Shown piece by piece: positions 26,378 through 34,497 of a DNA stretch of 34,497 bases; position 1 is the stretch's first letter; every line of letters starts with the position of its first letter. Under the pieces are notes generated by a model that did not search any database, was not told the DNA's origin, and saw only the letters and a list, made by a program, of their open reading frames with translations. Made by a program: the position numbers and the translations under genes. The DNA is from Verrucomicrobiales bacterium (GTDB lineage: Bacteria; Verrucomicrobiota; Verrucomicrobiia; Verrucomicrobiales; V1-33). The stretch covers positions 1-34,497 of the forward strand of contig JANOAV010000012.1 in the NCBI GenBank assembly GCA_031411295.1. Direction: 5' to 3'.

Positions 26378-26395
26378 TTATCGTTCGGATTTTCG

Positions 26396-26425
26396 GCGGC
26401 GCGCTTACTTGGGTAGGCGCGCCGC
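26396..26425 (+). other. Intercistronic stem-loop between pstS and pstC
   Basis: GCGGCGCGCTTAC-TTGG-GTAGGCGCGCCGC forms a 13-bp stem with one G-U pair and has no adjacent U tract. Confidence 0.65.
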
Positions 26426-26453
26426 TCCTCCATTTTCCCCATCTGCTTCCACC

Positions 26454-27365
26454 ATGCCGCAAACGCCTTCCAGCCGAAAAATCCGGGCCAACTTGGCACG
26501 TTACACCGAAACGTTCTTTGAGGTCTTGATCAAAACCTGTGGCTGGAGCGCCATCGTGTGCGTGTTGACCATTTTTGTCTTTATTCTGTTTCACGCGACG
26601 CCTGCGCTGAAAGAGATCAGCCTGTGGAAATTCTTCACCTCCACCGCATGGAGTCCGCACCACGAACAATACGGGGCCTTTGCGCTCATCGTGGGGAATC
26701 TCCTCGTGGCCTTGGTCGCCATGGTCATTGCGGTGCCGCTCGGTCTGGGTGCCGCCGTCTATATCAGTGAATTTGCCACCGGCAAGACGCGCGAGTGGTT
26801 GAAAATCGGCATCGAATTGCTGGCCGCCATTCCCAGTATTGTTTGGGGTTTCATTGGTCTTACCGTCCTCAGCCCCATTATGGTGCATCAAGCCGGAGCG
26901 GAGATGGGCACCAATTTGTTAAATGGCGGCATCATCCTCGCACTCATGAGCGTGCCCCTGATCGTCTCCATCTCTGAAGACGCGTTGCGAGCCGTGCCAG
27001 ATTCGTTTCGCGAAGCGGGTTTGGCCCTGGGTGCCAATAAGTGGGAAATGGTGAGCCGCGTGCTCTTCCCCGCCGCCCGTAACGGCCTGCTCGCAGCCTG
27101 TATGCTTGGCGTGGGCCGGGCCGTCGGGGAAACGATGGCGGTGCTGCTGGCCACCGGTAATACGAATCAAATTCCGCATTCCCTGCTGGATCCCATCAAA
27201 ACCCTCACCGCCACCATTGCTTCGGAAATGGGCGAAGCCTCCCGTGGCAGCATGCACTTCAGTGTGCTCTTCCTCATCGGGGTGCTGCTGCTACTTATTA
27301 CCTGCACCATCAACGTGGTTGCTGACTTAATCATCAAAGGAACGAAAGCCAAAGCCAATGCTTGA
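26454..27365 (+). CDS. pstC: Phosphate ABC transporter permease PstC
   Basis: IELLAAIPSIVWG, the EAA loop SEDALRAVPDSFREAGLALGA, GRAVGETMAV and TLTATIASEMGEA. Confidence 0.93.
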   Translation: MPQTPSSRKIRANLARYTETFFEVLIKTCGWSAIVCVLTIFVFILFHATPALKEISLWKFFTSTAWSPHHEQYGAFALIVGNLLVALVAMVIAVPLGLGAAVYISEFATGKTREWLKIGIELLAAIPSIVWGFIGLTVLSPIMVHQAGAEMGTNLLNGGIILALMSVPLIVSISEDALRAVPDSFREAGLALGANKWEMVSRVLFPAARNGLLAACMLGVGRAVGETMAVLLATGNTNQIPHSLLDPIKTLTATIASEMGEASRGSMHFSVLFLIGVLLLLITCTINVVADLIIKGTKAKANA

Positions 27366-28272
27366 AGAAGCCAAAAACCCCTTCGGTCCCACGCTCTACG
27401 AGGCGCGTAAAGAACGCATCGCCAAGGGCGCGCAAATCGTCACCATGCTCATGGCCGTCGCCTTGATCATCCCCATGATGTGGATCATCGGGCTCATCTT
27501 CGTCCAAGGCTGGCCCGCCATGTCCATCGACTACCTGTGGCAGAATCCAGTGGGCGGCGGAGTTGCCGGCGGCATCTGGGGCCCCCTCATCGGGACCTTT
27601 TTCCTGACCCTGATGTGCTTGCTAATCGTCGCTCCCATCGGAGTGCTGGCCGGGATTTATCTTAACGAATACGCCCCCGATAACAAAGCTACCCGGATCA
27701 TCATGATCGCTGTGACCAGCCTGGCTGGGGTGCCCAGTATCGTCCATGCCTTGTTCGGTTTGGCTGCCTTTGTCGTCGCCATGCACATGGGCAAGAGTCT
27801 CATTGCAGCCGCCTGCACCCTGGCCATCATGACCCTGCCAGTCATCATCACCAGCACCCGGGAAGCCTTGGGGGCCGTGCCAAGGAATTTCCGGGAAGCC
27901 TGCTGGAACCTTGGTGCTTCCAAGTGGCAAACCATCCGCACCATCGTCCTGCCGAACTCCATCAGCGGTATCCTCACGGGCGTAATTCTCGTCGTTTCCC
28001 GGGCTGCAGGAGAAACCGCCCCCATCATGCTCACGGGTGCCGCCGCTTACCTGCCGCTGCCCAATACCATGCCAGATAAATTGATGCCCTACTATCTGGG
28101 TGATCAATTCCTTGCCCTCGCCATGCACTTAAACGTCATTGCCCGGGACGTGCCTAACATGCCAACAGAAATGAAGTTTGGCAGCGCTCTCGTGATGTTG
28201 CTCCTCATTCTCCTCATCAACAGTGCCGCCATTGCGCTGCGCATCCGCCTCCGTCGTCGGAAACGTTGGTAA
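27358..28272 (+). CDS. pstA: Phosphate ABC transporter permease PstA
   Basis: GIYLNEYA, LAGVPSIVHALFG, REALGAVPRNFREACWNLGASKWQTI and RAAGETAP; overlaps the pstC stop by 8 nt. Confidence 0.93.
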   Translation: MLEEAKNPFGPTLYEARKERIAKGAQIVTMLMAVALIIPMMWIIGLIFVQGWPAMSIDYLWQNPVGGGVAGGIWGPLIGTFFLTLMCLLIVAPIGVLAGIYLNEYAPDNKATRIIMIAVTSLAGVPSIVHALFGLAAFVVAMHMGKSLIAAACTLAIMTLPVIITSTREALGAVPRNFREACWNLGASKWQTIRTIVLPNSISGILTGVILVVSRAAGETAPIMLTGAAAYLPLPNTMPDKLMPYYLGDQFLALAMHLNVIARDVPNMPTEMKFGSALVMLLLILLINSAAIALRIRLRRRKRW

Positions 28273-28291
28273 GTTCCCTTTGCCGAAATTT

Positions 28292-29047
28292 ATGATTCCT
28301 CCCCATCTCGAATTTAAAAACCTCTCCGTGCACTACAGCGGCAAGTGCGCGCTGGACCGTGTGACGCTAAATGTGCCGAAGAACACGGTGTTAGGCATCG
28401 TGGGACCGGCCAACTCCGGTAAAAGCACGCTCCTCAAAACGATCAACCGCACGATCGATTTCATCACCACCGCCAAAGTGACCGGCAACGTGGCCATCGC
28501 AGGCGAGGATGTGGGTAAAATGAAAAACGTCTATGCCCTGCGTCGTCGCATCGGCATGGTGTTTCCACTCCCAGTGGGCCTGCCGCTGACAATTTACGAG
28601 AACGTCGCTTACGCCCCACGCCGCATGGGCATGCACGACAAAGCAGAACTCGACGAACTCGTCGAACGCTGTCTGCGGGATTCCGTGCTCTGGGACGAAG
28701 TCAAAGATCGGCTCGACATGCTGGGCACCAAACTTTCCGGCGGCCAGCAACAGCGCCTCACCCTGGCCCGCGCGCTCTCGCTCCAGCCGGAAATCCTTTG
28801 CTTGGATGAATTCAGTATTGCCATCGATCCCGTCACCACTATGAAAATCGAGGATGTGCTCATGAAACTGAAGGAGAAAATGACCATCATTCTGGTCACG
28901 AATCTCACCCAGCAAGCCCGCCGGATGGCGGATCACGTGGCCTTCCTCAACGCCTCTCAACTCGTGGAGTGGGGCGAAAACAAAGCCATGTTCACCAACC
29001 CCAAAATGGAAATCACTGGTCGCTATCTCAATGGAGAATTCGGCTAG
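28292..29047 (+). CDS. pstB: Phosphate ABC transporter ATP-binding protein PstB, copy 1 (intact signature, degenerate Q- and H-loops)
   Basis: Walker A GPANSGKST, LWDEVKDRL, signature LSGGQQQR, Walker B LCLDE and C-terminal YLNGEFG. Confidence 0.88.
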   Translation: MIPPHLEFKNLSVHYSGKCALDRVTLNVPKNTVLGIVGPANSGKSTLLKTINRTIDFITTAKVTGNVAIAGEDVGKMKNVYALRRRIGMVFPLPVGLPLTIYENVAYAPRRMGMHDKAELDELVERCLRDSVLWDEVKDRLDMLGTKLSGGQQQRLTLARALSLQPEILCLDEFSIAIDPVTTMKIEDVLMKLKEKMTIILVTNLTQQARRMADHVAFLNASQLVEWGENKAMFTNPKMEITGRYLNGEFG

Positions 29048-29083
29048 TATCACATCCTCCCTTCGCTAAATTTTGCTCTCATA

Positions 29084-29899
29084 ATGACCGCCATGCAAAC
29101 CAAAACCCCAGCCCGCATCGAGCTTCCCGGCAAGGACCGCTACAGCATGCACGTGGAGGACTTCAGCCTGTGGTATGGCGACTTCCAAGCGCTCTTCAAC
29201 GTGGATCTCGATATCCGCGCAGGCATCATCACCTCCATGATCGGGCCTTCTGGTTGCGGGAAAACCACCCTGTTGCGCTCCTTCAACCGCATCAACGAAC
29301 GCTACGGCAACGTCGTGACCACCGGAGCCATCAAGCTTCTCGGAAAGAACATCCTCGATGAAGACGTCAGCGTCGCCACCCTGCGCAAGAACGTCGGCAT
29401 GGTTTTCCAGCGCCCGAACCCGCTGCCGATTTCCATTTACGAAAACGTCATCTTCGGCCTCAAGAGCCACACTCCCTCCGGTTACTATTCCAAGAGTGAA
29501 CTCAGCGACCTCGTGGAATCCGCCCTCACCGAAGTCGGCCTGTGGAGCGAAGTGAAAGACCAACTGCGCAAAAAAGCCACCGAGCTAACCTTGGAGCAAC
29601 AACAAAAACTCTGTATCGGCCGACTGCTGCCGCTGAAGCCGGACATCATCCTCATGGACGAGCCCTGTTCCGCCTTGGACGCTGCTGGCATCCAACGTAT
29701 CGAGACTCTGATCACGGAGATGAAAGGCAAATTCACCATCCTCCTGGTAACCCACAACATGGCCCAAGCCCGCCGCGCCAGTGACGAAGCCATCTTCATG
29801 CTCATGGGCAAAATCGTCGAACACACCGACACCAAGACCCTCTTCACCACCCCCGCCCACGAGCAAACTGCGATGTATATCGAAGGGCGCTACGGTTGA
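29084..29899 (+). CDS. pstB: Phosphate ABC transporter ATP-binding protein PstB, copy 2 (degenerate signature)
   Basis: Walker A GPSGCGKTT, Q-loop GMVFQRPNP, Walker B/D-loop LMDEPCSALD, H-loop VTHNMAQA and C-terminal YIEGRYG. The start may be 29093. Confidence 0.9.
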   Translation: MTAMQTKTPARIELPGKDRYSMHVEDFSLWYGDFQALFNVDLDIRAGIITSMIGPSGCGKTTLLRSFNRINERYGNVVTTGAIKLLGKNILDEDVSVATLRKNVGMVFQRPNPLPISIYENVIFGLKSHTPSGYYSKSELSDLVESALTEVGLWSEVKDQLRKKATELTLEQQQKLCIGRLLPLKPDIILMDEPCSALDAAGIQRIETLITEMKGKFTILLVTHNMAQARRASDEAIFMLMGKIVEHTDTKTLFTTPAHEQTAMYIEGRYG

Positions 29900-30148
29900 T
29901 GGGGGGCGGATGGTCCGCAGCGTGCCGACAGGCATGATTTTAGCACAGGCTTTCTCCACCAGGAGCTAGTGAGGTTACGTCCAGCGCTAACATTTGCTTT
30001 GGCATGAGCGCAATTTACATGACAGGGAAAGAATCGCAAGTCGCCAGCAGGAGTCACCCAAACGGCAGCCAGCAGCGCAATCACGAAATCTTGACCTGGG
30101 CTGAACATTTCTCCAGGGTGGTGGTCCCAAGTTTGGCCCCCATTTTTC

Positions 30149-31636
30149 ATGCTGCGAATTTCTCTGTCACTTCTCCTAACGTTGCTCACTTTGCAACCAT
30201 CAACTGCTGCGCCCTCTGTGCTGCGGGCGCTGCCCAGCGTGCCCGTGACGCCCTTCGTGCCGGCTCCTGACTGGGTGACGAAATTTTTCGCGCAAGCGCT
30301 GCACGATGACTACGGCGTGTATGAGGCCACGCATGAGGAGAAATTAGGTTGGATGAGTGTCGATCTTGAAATGACGACGGTGGATAAAGTCCGCGTGATT
30401 CGGGTGGTGGAGGCTTGTGAATATACGTATCGTCTGGAGCAAGTCCCCTTTATCCAGCAATCCAAACAGGAATTGCTCTTCGACGCCAAGCCGCCGTATG
30501 TGCTCCGCCGCGCCAGCCTGGAGGAAACATTACAGAAATCCCGTCGGACCACCGTCCTCCAACGCACGGGCGCAGGGGAATATCGGGCGGTGATTACGGA
30601 GCAAGGGGACGCGCGGATCAAGGAATTCTCCAACCTCGAATATACCGCCTTGGACAAACTGGGGCCACGCTTGTGGGCGGTCAATCCAGCGCGCCAGCGC
30701 GGGGATTGTCAGGCGTTCCGATCCTTCGATCTGCGGGCGCTGGAACCCTACACGGACCGCTATTGCATCCGCTCCGCCATGACGGCAGACCAGTGGGTGG
30801 AGGTGGATAGTGAGGATCAGAAAGATCACTTCCGCACCCAATGGAAATTCCACGCTACCGGAAAGGTAGAAACCATGCTGATTGCTGAGTCCACCTTCCT
30901 GCTGCGCCAGCCTCGCGCGGAGGCGCGACTGATGACTACAGCGCCTGATTTACTCACCGAGAGCTTTCTGGTATGTAATCGTCCACTGGGCGCAAACCCG
31001 CAGCGACTGAGCGAATTGGAAGTTCGGCTCAGCGGGACGGATTTCCGCAACGTGAGGAGCACCGCCAATCAGACGGTTACGATGAATCCCACGGGAACGG
31101 AAGTAATCCTTCGCACGAGCACCACTGGAAACGCGGCCATTCCCGCCACGCCTCAGGAAATAAAACTCAATCTGACAGCTACGGTGCCCATTCCATCGGA
31201 CGACGAACGTTTGCAGAAATTAGCCGCTACCGCCATCGGGAAGGCCACCACGGACGAGGCCAAAGTGAAGCGGTTACTGCAATTTGTGAGTGACTACCTG
31301 ACCGACGATGACCGGGTGAAATCACTCAGCGTCTTTGAACTCCTCAAACGTCCGCGGGGCGATTGCACCGCTCATGCCCTGCTTTTCACTTGTCTGGCCC
31401 GGGCCGTGGGGCTTCCTTGTCGGGAAGCCAGCGGTTACATTTACCTGGGGGACAAAGCGCAAAAATTCGGCGGACACGCATGGAACGAAGTGGTGGTGGA
31501 GGGGAATTGGCGTCCGGTGGATCCCACCTGGAATCAATACACGGTGGATGCGACCCATCTGCAACTCAGCACCGGGCACCCAACTCCGCGGGATGCGCGG
31601 TTTTTTAGCGGCCAGGTAAAGATTTACGTGCCTTGA
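30149..31636 (+). CDS. Secreted transglutaminase-like (Cys-His-Asp) protein
   Basis: Signal peptide, then GDCTAHALLF..LARAVGLPCR, GGHAWNEV and WRPVDPTW. Confidence 0.88.
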   Translation: MLRISLSLLLTLLTLQPSTAAPSVLRALPSVPVTPFVPAPDWVTKFFAQALHDDYGVYEATHEEKLGWMSVDLEMTTVDKVRVIRVVEACEYTYRLEQVPFIQQSKQELLFDAKPPYVLRRASLEETLQKSRRTTVLQRTGAGEYRAVITEQGDARIKEFSNLEYTALDKLGPRLWAVNPARQRGDCQAFRSFDLRALEPYTDRYCIRSAMTADQWVEVDSEDQKDHFRTQWKFHATGKVETMLIAESTFLLRQPRAEARLMTTAPDLLTESFLVCNRPLGANPQRLSELEVRLSGTDFRNVRSTANQTVTMNPTGTEVILRTSTTGNAAIPATPQEIKLNLTATVPIPSDDERLQKLAATAIGKATTDEAKVKRLLQFVSDYLTDDDRVKSLSVFELLKRPRGDCTAHALLFTCLARAVGLPCREASGYIYLGDKAQKFGGHAWNEVVVEGNWRPVDPTWNQYTVDATHLQLSTGHPTPRDARFFSGQVKIYVP

Positions 31637-31674
31637 GCCAGACTGGGGGACAGAATGTCCAACCGGTGGTAGGG

Positions 31675-32817
31675 TTATGGATTTACGGTTTCCAGATACT
31701 TGAAGGCACCACCTTTGACTTGGAGAATCACTGCGGCCTTCACGGCATCGCGTTCGGCGTTGATGGAAATTTTCCCCGTTACGGCTTCGTAGTCTTTGGT
31801 GGCGGCCAGGGCAGTCTTAACCTTGTCTCCATCCGTTGAGCCAGCACGCTTCATGGCATCTGCCAGGATCATGGCGGAGTCATAACCCAGTGCGGCCATC
31901 GCGTCTGGCACTTTGCCAGCGAAACGCTTCTTATAGGCTTCCACAAAGGCCTGACCTTTGGGGGAACCGGCTTCTGGGGAATAGTGGGTGGAGAAATATT
32001 GACCTTCCACCGCGTCCTTGCCGATCTCCGTCAGCGTGGAGCTTTCCCAGCCATCGCCCCCGAAAAGCGGGACCGTGATGCCCAGTTCCTTCGCTTGGAT
32101 GCAGATCAACGCCACATCGGCATAGTAACCTGGGACGAAGATCGCTTCCGGATTGCTGGCCTTGATGGCGGTCAGTTGACCTTTAAAGTCCTTGTCCCCA
32201 CCATTGTAATCCAGCTCGGCCGTGATCGTGCCGGTCTTCGCGAAGCTTTCCTTGAAGAACTTCGCCAGGCCTTTGCTGTAGTCGCTCTTGCCATCTGTAA
32301 AGACCGCCACCTTGGTGGACTTAAGGGTCTTCTGGGCAAAGTTCGCCATGACCGTGCCTTGGAAAGGATCGATGAAGCACACCCGGAAGATATAGTCCCC
32401 GGTCTGTGTCACCTTGGGATTGGTGGACGAAGGGGAGATCATGGGAATCTTGTTTTGCTGGCAGATGGGAGCCGCTTCGAGTGATCGGCTGGACGCCACT
32501 TCACCCAGAATCGCCACCACGCCGTCCTTGGAAATGAGCTTATTTACGATGTTCGCAGACTCTCCCGCCTTGGATAAATTGTCCTCGGTCTTCAACTCCA
32601 GTTTCTTGCCCAGCACTCCGCCGGCAGCATTCAATTCCTCAATCGCCATCAACGTGCCTTCGTGGGAAGACGTGCCGAAGGTGGCTTCTTTCCCCGTCAG
32701 GGAAGCGAACTCGCCAACAACAATGGTGTCACCGCCGCTTTTACTGCAACTGGTTAGACTGGTGAGGGACGCAGAAAGGGAGCAGAGAAGAATGAGGGAA
32801 CGGGTGCGATAGGTCAT
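31675..32817 (-). CDS. Branched-chain amino acid ABC transporter substrate-binding lipoprotein (LivJ/LivK family)
   Basis: Lipobox LTSC, SLTGKEATFG, INAAGG-like LNAAGGVLGKKLEL, SPSSTNPKVT, YIFRVCFIDPFQG and GYDSAMIL. Confidence 0.9.
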   Translation of the reverse strand: MTYRTRSLILLCSLSASLTSLTSCSKSGGDTIVVGEFASLTGKEATFGTSSHEGTLMAIEELNAAGGVLGKKLELKTEDNLSKAGESANIVNKLISKDGVVAILGEVASSRSLEAAPICQQNKIPMISPSSTNPKVTQTGDYIFRVCFIDPFQGTVMANFAQKTLKSTKVAVFTDGKSDYSKGLAKFFKESFAKTGTITAELDYNGGDKDFKGQLTAIKASNPEAIFVPGYYADVALICIQAKELGITVPLFGGDGWESSTLTEIGKDAVEGQYFSTHYSPEAGSPKGQAFVEAYKKRFAGKVPDAMAALGYDSAMILADAMKRAGSTDGDKVKTALAATKDYEAVTGKISINAERDAVKAAVILQVKGGAFKYLETVNP

Positions 32818-32824
32818 AGCCTAT

Positions 32825-32852
32825 AGAGTAAGCATCCGGCGGGCCGGGGCAA
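32825..32852 (-). promoter_or_regulatory. Putative sigma70 promoter giving a leaderless transcript of the LivJ/K-family gene
   Basis: The minus strand reads TTGCCC-N16-TACTCT-N7-ATG, with no Shine-Dalgarno sequence. Confidence 0.45.
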
Positions 32853-32896
32853 GAAAAATTCCGCGGGGGATTCAGGAATTCCGGAATCTGTGCTGC

Positions 32897-34336
32897 CTAC
32901 CCGACGCTGCCTTCCATTTCGAGGTCGATCAAGCGTTTCAGTTCCACGCTGTATTCCATGGGAAATTCGCGGACGAGATCATTCACGAATCCGTTTACGC
33001 TGAGGCTCATGGCTTCGGCTTCGCTGAGGCCGCGTTGTTGCATGTAGAAAATCTGCTCTGCACTGACGGTGCTGACACTGGCTTCATGCTGCGTGGCATG
33101 CTGGTTGCCGCGCACCGTGATCGCAGGATAGGTGTCCGTGCGGCTACTGGAGTTGATCAGGAGAGCATCGCACTCGGTATTGTTCTTGCATCCTTTGAGG
33201 TGCTTGGGAATATGCACCTGGCCACGATACGTAGCCCGGCCCTTGCCGATGCTGATGCTCTTGGAAACGATGTTGCTCGTCGTTTCGTCTGCAGCATGAA
33301 TCATCTTGGCTCCGGTGTCCTGATGCTGACCATTGTTCGCCAAAGCGATACTGATAACTTCGCCCCGAGCCTTGCGGCCTTTCATGACCACGCCGGGATA
33401 TTTCATGGTGAGTCGGCTGCCGATGTTACAGTCGATCCAGCGGATCTCAGATTCTTCGTGGGCCAAACCGCGCTTCGTCACCAGATTGAACACGTTAGGA
33501 CTCCAGTTCTGCACCGTCACGTATTGGATCTTGGCACCCTTCATGGCCACAAGTTCCACCACCGCGCTATGCAGGGTGCTGGTGGTGAATTTAGGAGCCG
33601 TGCAACCTTCCATGTAGAGGACTTCCGCACCTTCATCGGCAATGATGAGCGTGCGTTCGAACTGGCCGAAATTCTCCGAATTAATCCGGAAATAGGCCTG
33701 CAACGGATGTTTCACCTTCACACCCTTGGGGATGTAAATGAAGCTGCCACCGCTGAACACTGCGCTGTTGAGTGCGCTAAATTTATTGTCGCCCGTAGGA
33801 ATCACTTTGCCGAACCATGGCCGGAAAATGTCCGCGTGTTCCTTCAGACCTTCCGTGCTATTAACAAAGATCACGCCTTGATCCGTCACCGCTTTTTGCA
33901 CGTTGGAGTAGGCGGCTTCGCTGTCGAATTGCGCTTCGACACCAGCGAGAAACTTGCGTTCCTGCTCGGGAATCCCGAGCCGCTCAAATGTGCGTTTCAC
34001 GTCCTCGGGAACCTCATCCCAGGAGCGCTTGGGGCCCTGGCCATTGGCCAGATAGTAGCGGATTTTCTGGAAATCGATGTTCTCCAGATCCTTGGTCGCC
34101 CAGTTGGTGGGCATCGATTTGTCGAAGAACGTCTTCAGGGCCTTCATGCGGAAATCACGCACCCATTGCGGGTCGTCCTTCACATCAGAAATGTATTTTA
34201 CCGTCGCTTCATTCAACCCGACGCCAGCATCGAATTTGTGCGCTTCAGGGTAGGAAAAATCGCCAATGGACCGATCGATATCCACGGCAGCGAGGGTATC
34301 TTGATCCAATTCAGGGGTGTCGGCTACAGAGTTCAT
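32897..34336 (-). CDS. sufB: Fe-S cluster assembly protein SufB
   Basis: [75 protein letters not shown] and C-terminal MEGSVG. The start was set to the ATG at 34336. Confidence 0.96.
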   Translation of the reverse strand: MNSVADTPELDQDTLAAVDIDRSIGDFSYPEAHKFDAGVGLNEATVKYISDVKDDPQWVRDFRMKALKTFFDKSMPTNWATKDLENIDFQKIRYYLANGQGPKRSWDEVPEDVKRTFERLGIPEQERKFLAGVEAQFDSEAAYSNVQKAVTDQGVIFVNSTEGLKEHADIFRPWFGKVIPTGDNKFSALNSAVFSGGSFIYIPKGVKVKHPLQAYFRINSENFGQFERTLIIADEGAEVLYMEGCTAPKFTTSTLHSAVVELVAMKGAKIQYVTVQNWSPNVFNLVTKRGLAHEESEIRWIDCNIGSRLTMKYPGVVMKGRKARGEVISIALANNGQHQDTGAKMIHAADETTSNIVSKSISIGKGRATYRGQVHIPKHLKGCKNNTECDALLINSSSRTDTYPAITVRGNQHATQHEASVSTVSAEQIFYMQQRGLSEAEAMSLSVNGFVNDLVREFPMEYSVELKRLIDLEMEGSVG

Positions 34337-34497
34337 GACAGTTTTTGGGGGGTAACCCGAGCCATGCCCGGGAAAGCAAGTTGCCCCTGCGGGATGGGAA
34401 ATCAAGAACTATTCTAAATTTCGCCTTTGGGGAGGACGTTCGGGTCCGCAAATAATAGAGGGTGCTGCACTGGGAGTGGCGTGACTCCGTCCGCCAT

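Noticed and set aside
29929..29945. Sigma54-like CAGGCATGATTTTAGCA upstream of the transglutaminase gene
   Set aside because: GG-N10-GC spacing is correct, but conserved T positions mismatch and it lies ~200 nt from the start codon.
30004..30270. 88-aa ORF after pstB2, considered as phoU or a small regulator
   Set aside because: It has no PhoU-like helical repeats, overlaps the transglutaminase gene out of frame, and shows no motif.
32869..32888. Imperfect palindrome GATTCAGGAATTCCGGAATC between sufB and livJ/K
   Set aside because: Single occurrence with no known consensus. It could be an operator or weak terminator but is unsupported.
33035..34417. 460-aa plus-strand ORF
   Set aside because: Antisense shadow of the highly conserved sufB.
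34414..34497. Short minus-strand reading frame at the window edge
   Set aside because: Only 27 codons are visible and no family is recognisable, so it was not called.

Overview
GC-rich bacterial chromosomal window, most likely from a free-living verrucomicrobium (PVC superphylum). That assignment is an inference from DUF5069, the DUF1549/DUF1553 + DUF1501 pair, Uma2 and a verrucomicrobial-type C-terminal protein tail. In order, the window holds: the 3' end of a probable IS4-family element; DUF5069, 2-hydroxyacid dehydrogenase and Uma2 genes (minus strand); a DUF1553/DUF1501 pair; a ~2,730-aa secreted protein (7 cadherin-like repeats, 4 lamin-tail domains, CotH-type kinase); actA-actB of alternative complex III; a lactonase; a REP doublet; a lone gspF/pilC; a class IV aminotransferase, an efflux adaptor and a sensor kinase; pstSCAB1B2; a transglutaminase-like protein; a LivJ/K-type binding protein and a lone sufB (minus strand). 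No rRNA, tRNA, CRISPR or prophage was seen. The best leads are: (i) two PstB ATPases with complementary degenerate motifs, implying an asymmetric heterodimer with one active ATP site; (ii) a perfect Rex-type operator over the promoter of an actAB unit that terminates without actCDEF; (iii) jelly-roll domains inserted twice at the same loop of cadherin-like repeats in the giant CotH protein. All family calls come from motif recognition, not database searches.
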